Assembly (NCBI GenBank): GCA_030427445.1
Contig: JAUIBQ010000005.1
Location: forward strand, 1 to 59,905
Source of the DNA: a bacterium
GTDB lineage: Bacteria > Patescibacteriota > Saccharimonadia > Saccharimonadales > SZUA-47
Length of the DNA stretch: 59,905 nucleotides
Direction of reading: 5' to 3'
Shown here: piece by piece, positions 56,995 through 59,905 of the stretch
Layout of the letters: every line of letters starts with the position of its first letter
Position numbering within the stretch: position 1 is the first letter of the stretch
Made by a program: the position numbers and the translations under genes
The notes under the pieces: model-generated
Told to the model about the DNA's origin: nothing
The model's database searches: none
What the model saw: only the letters and a program-made list of their open reading frames with translations

Positions 56995-57975
56995 TTATTT
57001 CTTTTCTTCGGGGTCAATAAGTACAGATCTTAATTTTGGTTTACCTTTAGCTTCAGCTAGATCGGTCATGATAAGCTCTGACCTTGTAGATAAATCCATA
57101 TCTTTTTCAGGGAGGTGTAGTCCAGAAATGTAAACTCCAGATTTTGGTGGTTCTGACAAGTCCAGTGATATACCAAGGACAGGCCCATTAAAGTATAGAT
57201 TGATTGTATTAGGTGATGGTCTCATCATTTGCCATTCTCTAGCAAATTTTTTGACATCAGTAGGGAATTTCCATGGGGTATGGTAATCTCTAGTGCCACT
57301 CGGAGCTACGCCCCTTATAGTAGGTACTTCATTGGTAGTTTGCATAAGTAAATTTGATTGAGTATTAAACTCTCCAACATATTCTGGATCAAGACGTTTT
57401 CTGACTTCTTTGTTTCCTGCAGGTATCACAAAACGTACATTACTAAACAGACCCTGCATAGCTGGTACGGCAGGTAGATTATTTGTTTTTACATATTTCA
57501 ACATAGCACTAACAGCTAGATCGGTTTCGAATTCGTCCGCTCTAACACCGTTTTCTTGTAAACAAACAGACGTCATTCCAAGTGCAAGTGCAACACCTAT
57601 TACGTCACGATGATTCGTCGCTATGACTAGGTCGCCTTGATCTAAGCGATCTTTAAGATGGGTAACTAAGTCTTTTCTGTCGAGCATAATTTCAATATAT
57701 TGCTCTATTTCCGGTATGATAATTCTGCCAAAATCAACAAGCTCTTTTGTGGTTGCCGACTTTCCTCTAGATGCAATTGTATCGATAGCTTGTATTTCCC
57801 GAATTTTGTCCGGTTCCGTTGAACTCTCTGGATCAAGATAATCAAACTTATCATGGTCATTAAAATGGGTACCAACCATTTCTTTGAAAAGTTGATCTAC
57901 TGCTTCTTGACTCTCAAGTTCGACTAGATTTGGATTCCTAATAAGACCATAGCGACTATCTAAAACTTCTACCAT
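56995..57975 (-). CDS. Hypothetical protein with degenerate acyltransferase (LPLAT/GPAT)-like motifs
   Basis: VIATNH and APSGTRD motifs. Confidence 0.45.
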   Translation of the reverse strand: MVEVLDSRYGLIRNPNLVELESQEAVDQLFKEMVGTHFNDHDKFDYLDPESSTEPDKIREIQAIDTIASRGKSATTKELVDFGRIIIPEIEQYIEIMLDRKDLVTHLKDRLDQGDLVIATNHRDVIGVALALGMTSVCLQENGVRADEFETDLAVSAMLKYVKTNNLPAVPAMQGLFSNVRFVIPAGNKEVRKRLDPEYVGEFNTQSNLLMQTTNEVPTIRGVAPSGTRDYHTPWKFPTDVKKFAREWQMMRPSPNTINLYFNGPVLGISLDLSEPPKSGVYISGLHLPEKDMDLSTRSELIMTDLAEAKGKPKLRSVLIDPEEKK

Positions 57976-58090
57976 TACAGTAATTTATATATTATAAATA
58001 CAATTTAGTCAAACGCCGTGAAAAACACAATATGTAGCGTGAGCAGAATCGTGCTAGACTCTAGGTAATAGGCAAATTAATAACAAAAAC

Positions 58091-58150
58091 GATCATGAAG
58101 CAGGGTGAAATTCCCTCACAGTGCCGCTACGGTCAAAGTCCGAGCTGATC
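58091..58150 (+). ncRNA. FMN-riboswitch-like half element in a 5' UTR
   Basis: GATCA/TGATC closing stem around AGGG-TGAAATT-CCCT and GCTACGG-TCAAAGT-CCGAGC; extended -10 TGcTAGACT at 58052-58060. Confidence 0.5.
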
Positions 58151-58174
58151 TAAAACACCCGAGCAGGAAATAAA

Positions 58175-59725
58175 ATGGCGTTGAGCCCAACAGAGGTAGA
58201 AAGACCAAATGGCGTGGAATTTGAAGATTTCACACATGAATCAGACTTTATTCTGTGGGAAAAAGAGCTTCAACAAAAGACAGCGGTTTTAGCTGAGTGT
58301 TTGCCGTACGAAGGTGAAGCTCTGGATCTATCTAGGGCGCTGCTCGCATCAGCAGCGGTAAGCTCTCTGATAAAGATTGAGACTGTCGATAATGGTGAAC
58401 AAACAACACTCATGACTTCGGCGCAACGAGCCAATTATGATCCCGATGCAAAAGCGATGGTGTTAACTAATGCGAAGACAGACTACCTTGAAAGGGCGTA
58501 TAAATCCGGACATACAGTAAGTGTTGACTTGTTTGCAGTAGATGGCGAGCTCTCTCAGCATGGACAAAGTATGATGAACGTCAACGTAAATAGTATGAAG
58601 TACTTAACAGATGAAACACTGAAGAATCGAGGACGAATAGAAACTCATAATGCTGTACGTCAACAAAAATATTTCGAAGCTGGCCTCCTGTGTGATCATA
58701 CACTTGTTACGTTCTCGCTCGTACCGGAAGCAATAGAGAAATCTAAAGCTAAAAAATTAGGATTCTTCACGGAGAATATGAGTTTAGCAATCCAGGCTGT
58801 TGGGAGTGCAGATGATGATTCTGTAAAGCTTGAGTCTGCATTTGTCGCCGGGGCAGATCTTGATGGCCGAAGATTTGATTTGGACACGGTAAAACAACTG
58901 TATTTAGACCTCGGTATAGATATCCAAGATAAAAATACAGAACAGATACTGGCGAGCCCAGTGCTAATTCATAACAGCCTTATGAAAGACGGGGTGGTGG
59001 ATATAGTGAAGCTTTATGACTGTATAGCAGGCAGAATAACGTCACAGCGCCGTTTTTATGGCCAACAAGCAAGTGGTGGAAATGACTACGAAGAACACAA
59101 AAAAGAATGTACTCGAAGAGAGCGCGTAGCAAATGAAGTAGCTGAACGCACTGCAGATGCGTTGATAGCTGCAGCTGATACGTTCAGCGCCCCATTAGAT
59201 GCAACTCGCAAGCTTCATGAGCTAAATGATGCAGAATTAAAGAGAATGATTGTTACGGACAGCAGTATTGATGTCGCTGTTCTTGGGCCTACTGCTGTTC
59301 ATGCAGTTGAGCAAGCAAGAATGTATTACGCAAACAATGACATGATGAGTTTGCAGATTTCACTAGAGTCCATACGCAGAAATGGCTCATCTAGCTCTTG
59401 TCCAAATGGTGGATTTTCGAGTGGAGAATCGTCAGTTGTTGGTGTCGAGAGTCTGGGTGCTGGTATGGGTGACGAAAACCAAGAAGAGATTGGGGGAAAG
59501 CAGGAGATGACCTGCCCATTCTGTGAAGAGAAAACGAGCGGAGATCCGTGCGCAGACAGTATTACATGTACTAAATGTAGCGCATCTACGAAGTATTCAG
59601 AGGAAGAGAATAACAGAAGAGCTGCACAGTATAAGAAACTCAAAATGATCAAAGTAGCTAGTCAAGAAGCAGTTGATAAAAATTTCTGGGGTTTAATGAA
59701 AGGGGTAAAAGATGACAGCAGATGA
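58175..59725 (+). CDS. Hypothetical protein with C-terminal Cys cluster/Zn ribbon
   Basis: 516-aa ORF with CPFC...C....CTKC near the C-terminus. Confidence 0.7.
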   Translation: MALSPTEVERPNGVEFEDFTHESDFILWEKELQQKTAVLAECLPYEGEALDLSRALLASAAVSSLIKIETVDNGEQTTLMTSAQRANYDPDAKAMVLTNAKTDYLERAYKSGHTVSVDLFAVDGELSQHGQSMMNVNVNSMKYLTDETLKNRGRIETHNAVRQQKYFEAGLLCDHTLVTFSLVPEAIEKSKAKKLGFFTENMSLAIQAVGSADDDSVKLESAFVAGADLDGRRFDLDTVKQLYLDLGIDIQDKNTEQILASPVLIHNSLMKDGVVDIVKLYDCIAGRITSQRRFYGQQASGGNDYEEHKKECTRRERVANEVAERTADALIAAADTFSAPLDATRKLHELNDAELKRMIVTDSSIDVAVLGPTAVHAVEQARMYYANNDMMSLQISLESIRRNGSSSSCPNGGFSSGESSVVGVESLGAGMGDENQEEIGGKQEMTCPFCEEKTSGDPCADSITCTKCSASTKYSEEENNRRAAQYKKLKMIKVASQEAVDKNFWGLMKGVKDDSR

Positions 59726-59905
59726 TTACCAACACATGCAAGATATTTGTAACGGAATTTGCGACATTACCGAAAATTATGCTGAGGAAAAAGATTTGAT
59801 GCGCTGCGTAACGTGCCCTTTCTGTAAAGAAACCGTCGACGCTATATTAACGCCAACGACGATTGCATGTCCGGCGTGTGAAGTAGTCGTCACTAGACAA
59901 GCTTA
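59712..59905 (+). CDS. Small Zn-ribbon protein (~64 aa; runs to window edge), not in ORF track
   Basis: MTADDYQ...CPFC...CPAC...; final bases TA may be a cut stop codon. Confidence 0.6.
   Translation, partial: MTADDYQHMQDICNGICDITENYAEEKDLMRCVTCPFCKETVDAILTPTTIACPACEVVVTRQA

Noticed and set aside
58091-58150. Canonical FMN riboswitch
   Set aside because: P3-P5 and the ligand-binding junction are missing and no rib genes follow; kept only as a variant candidate.
306-59652. Numerous short antisense or nested ORFs in the ORF track (e.g. 18322-18891, 46678-47166, 52410-52595)
   Set aside because: They overlap well-supported genes or repeats on another strand or frame and lack motifs or start signals.

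Overview
A 59.9-kb bacterial chromosomal segment, probably from a Patescibacteria/CPR (Saccharibacteria-like) genome. That assignment is inferred from the compact gene packing, pervasive leaderless promoters, HAD-type phosphomannomutase, protease-less LexA, and the cohesin/dockerin and lamin-tail surface proteins. In order it contains: (1) a surface-polysaccharide and nucleotide-sugar cluster (1-13.9 kb); (2) a LexA-like/HNH nuclease/ComEC/lamin-tail locus and a dockerin-cohesin surface protein pair (14-24 kb); (3) a CHASE kinase/response regulator/Crp module with readable class II Crp promoters driving unannotated small proteins, followed by an RND pump, ung and an OmpR-family two-component system with CiaR-like boxes (24-38 kb); (4) a patchwork of small accessory genes (38-46 kb); (5) a tRNA-Asn(GTT) locus trailed by hairpin-rich repeats of the tRNA 3' end, which delimit cargo cassettes with no integrase in the window (46.4-53.5 kb); and (6) envelope genes plus a leader containing a half-size FMN-riboswitch-like RNA upstream of Zn-ribbon proteins (53.5-59.9 kb). 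The best candidate for an undescribed system is the tRNA-anchored cassette array and its 5.7-kb cargo: an archaeal-type SAM synthetase, a SerRS, a truncated AlaRS-like ligase, two S51 peptidases and a methyltransferase. All calls come from motif recognition by eye; no searches were run.
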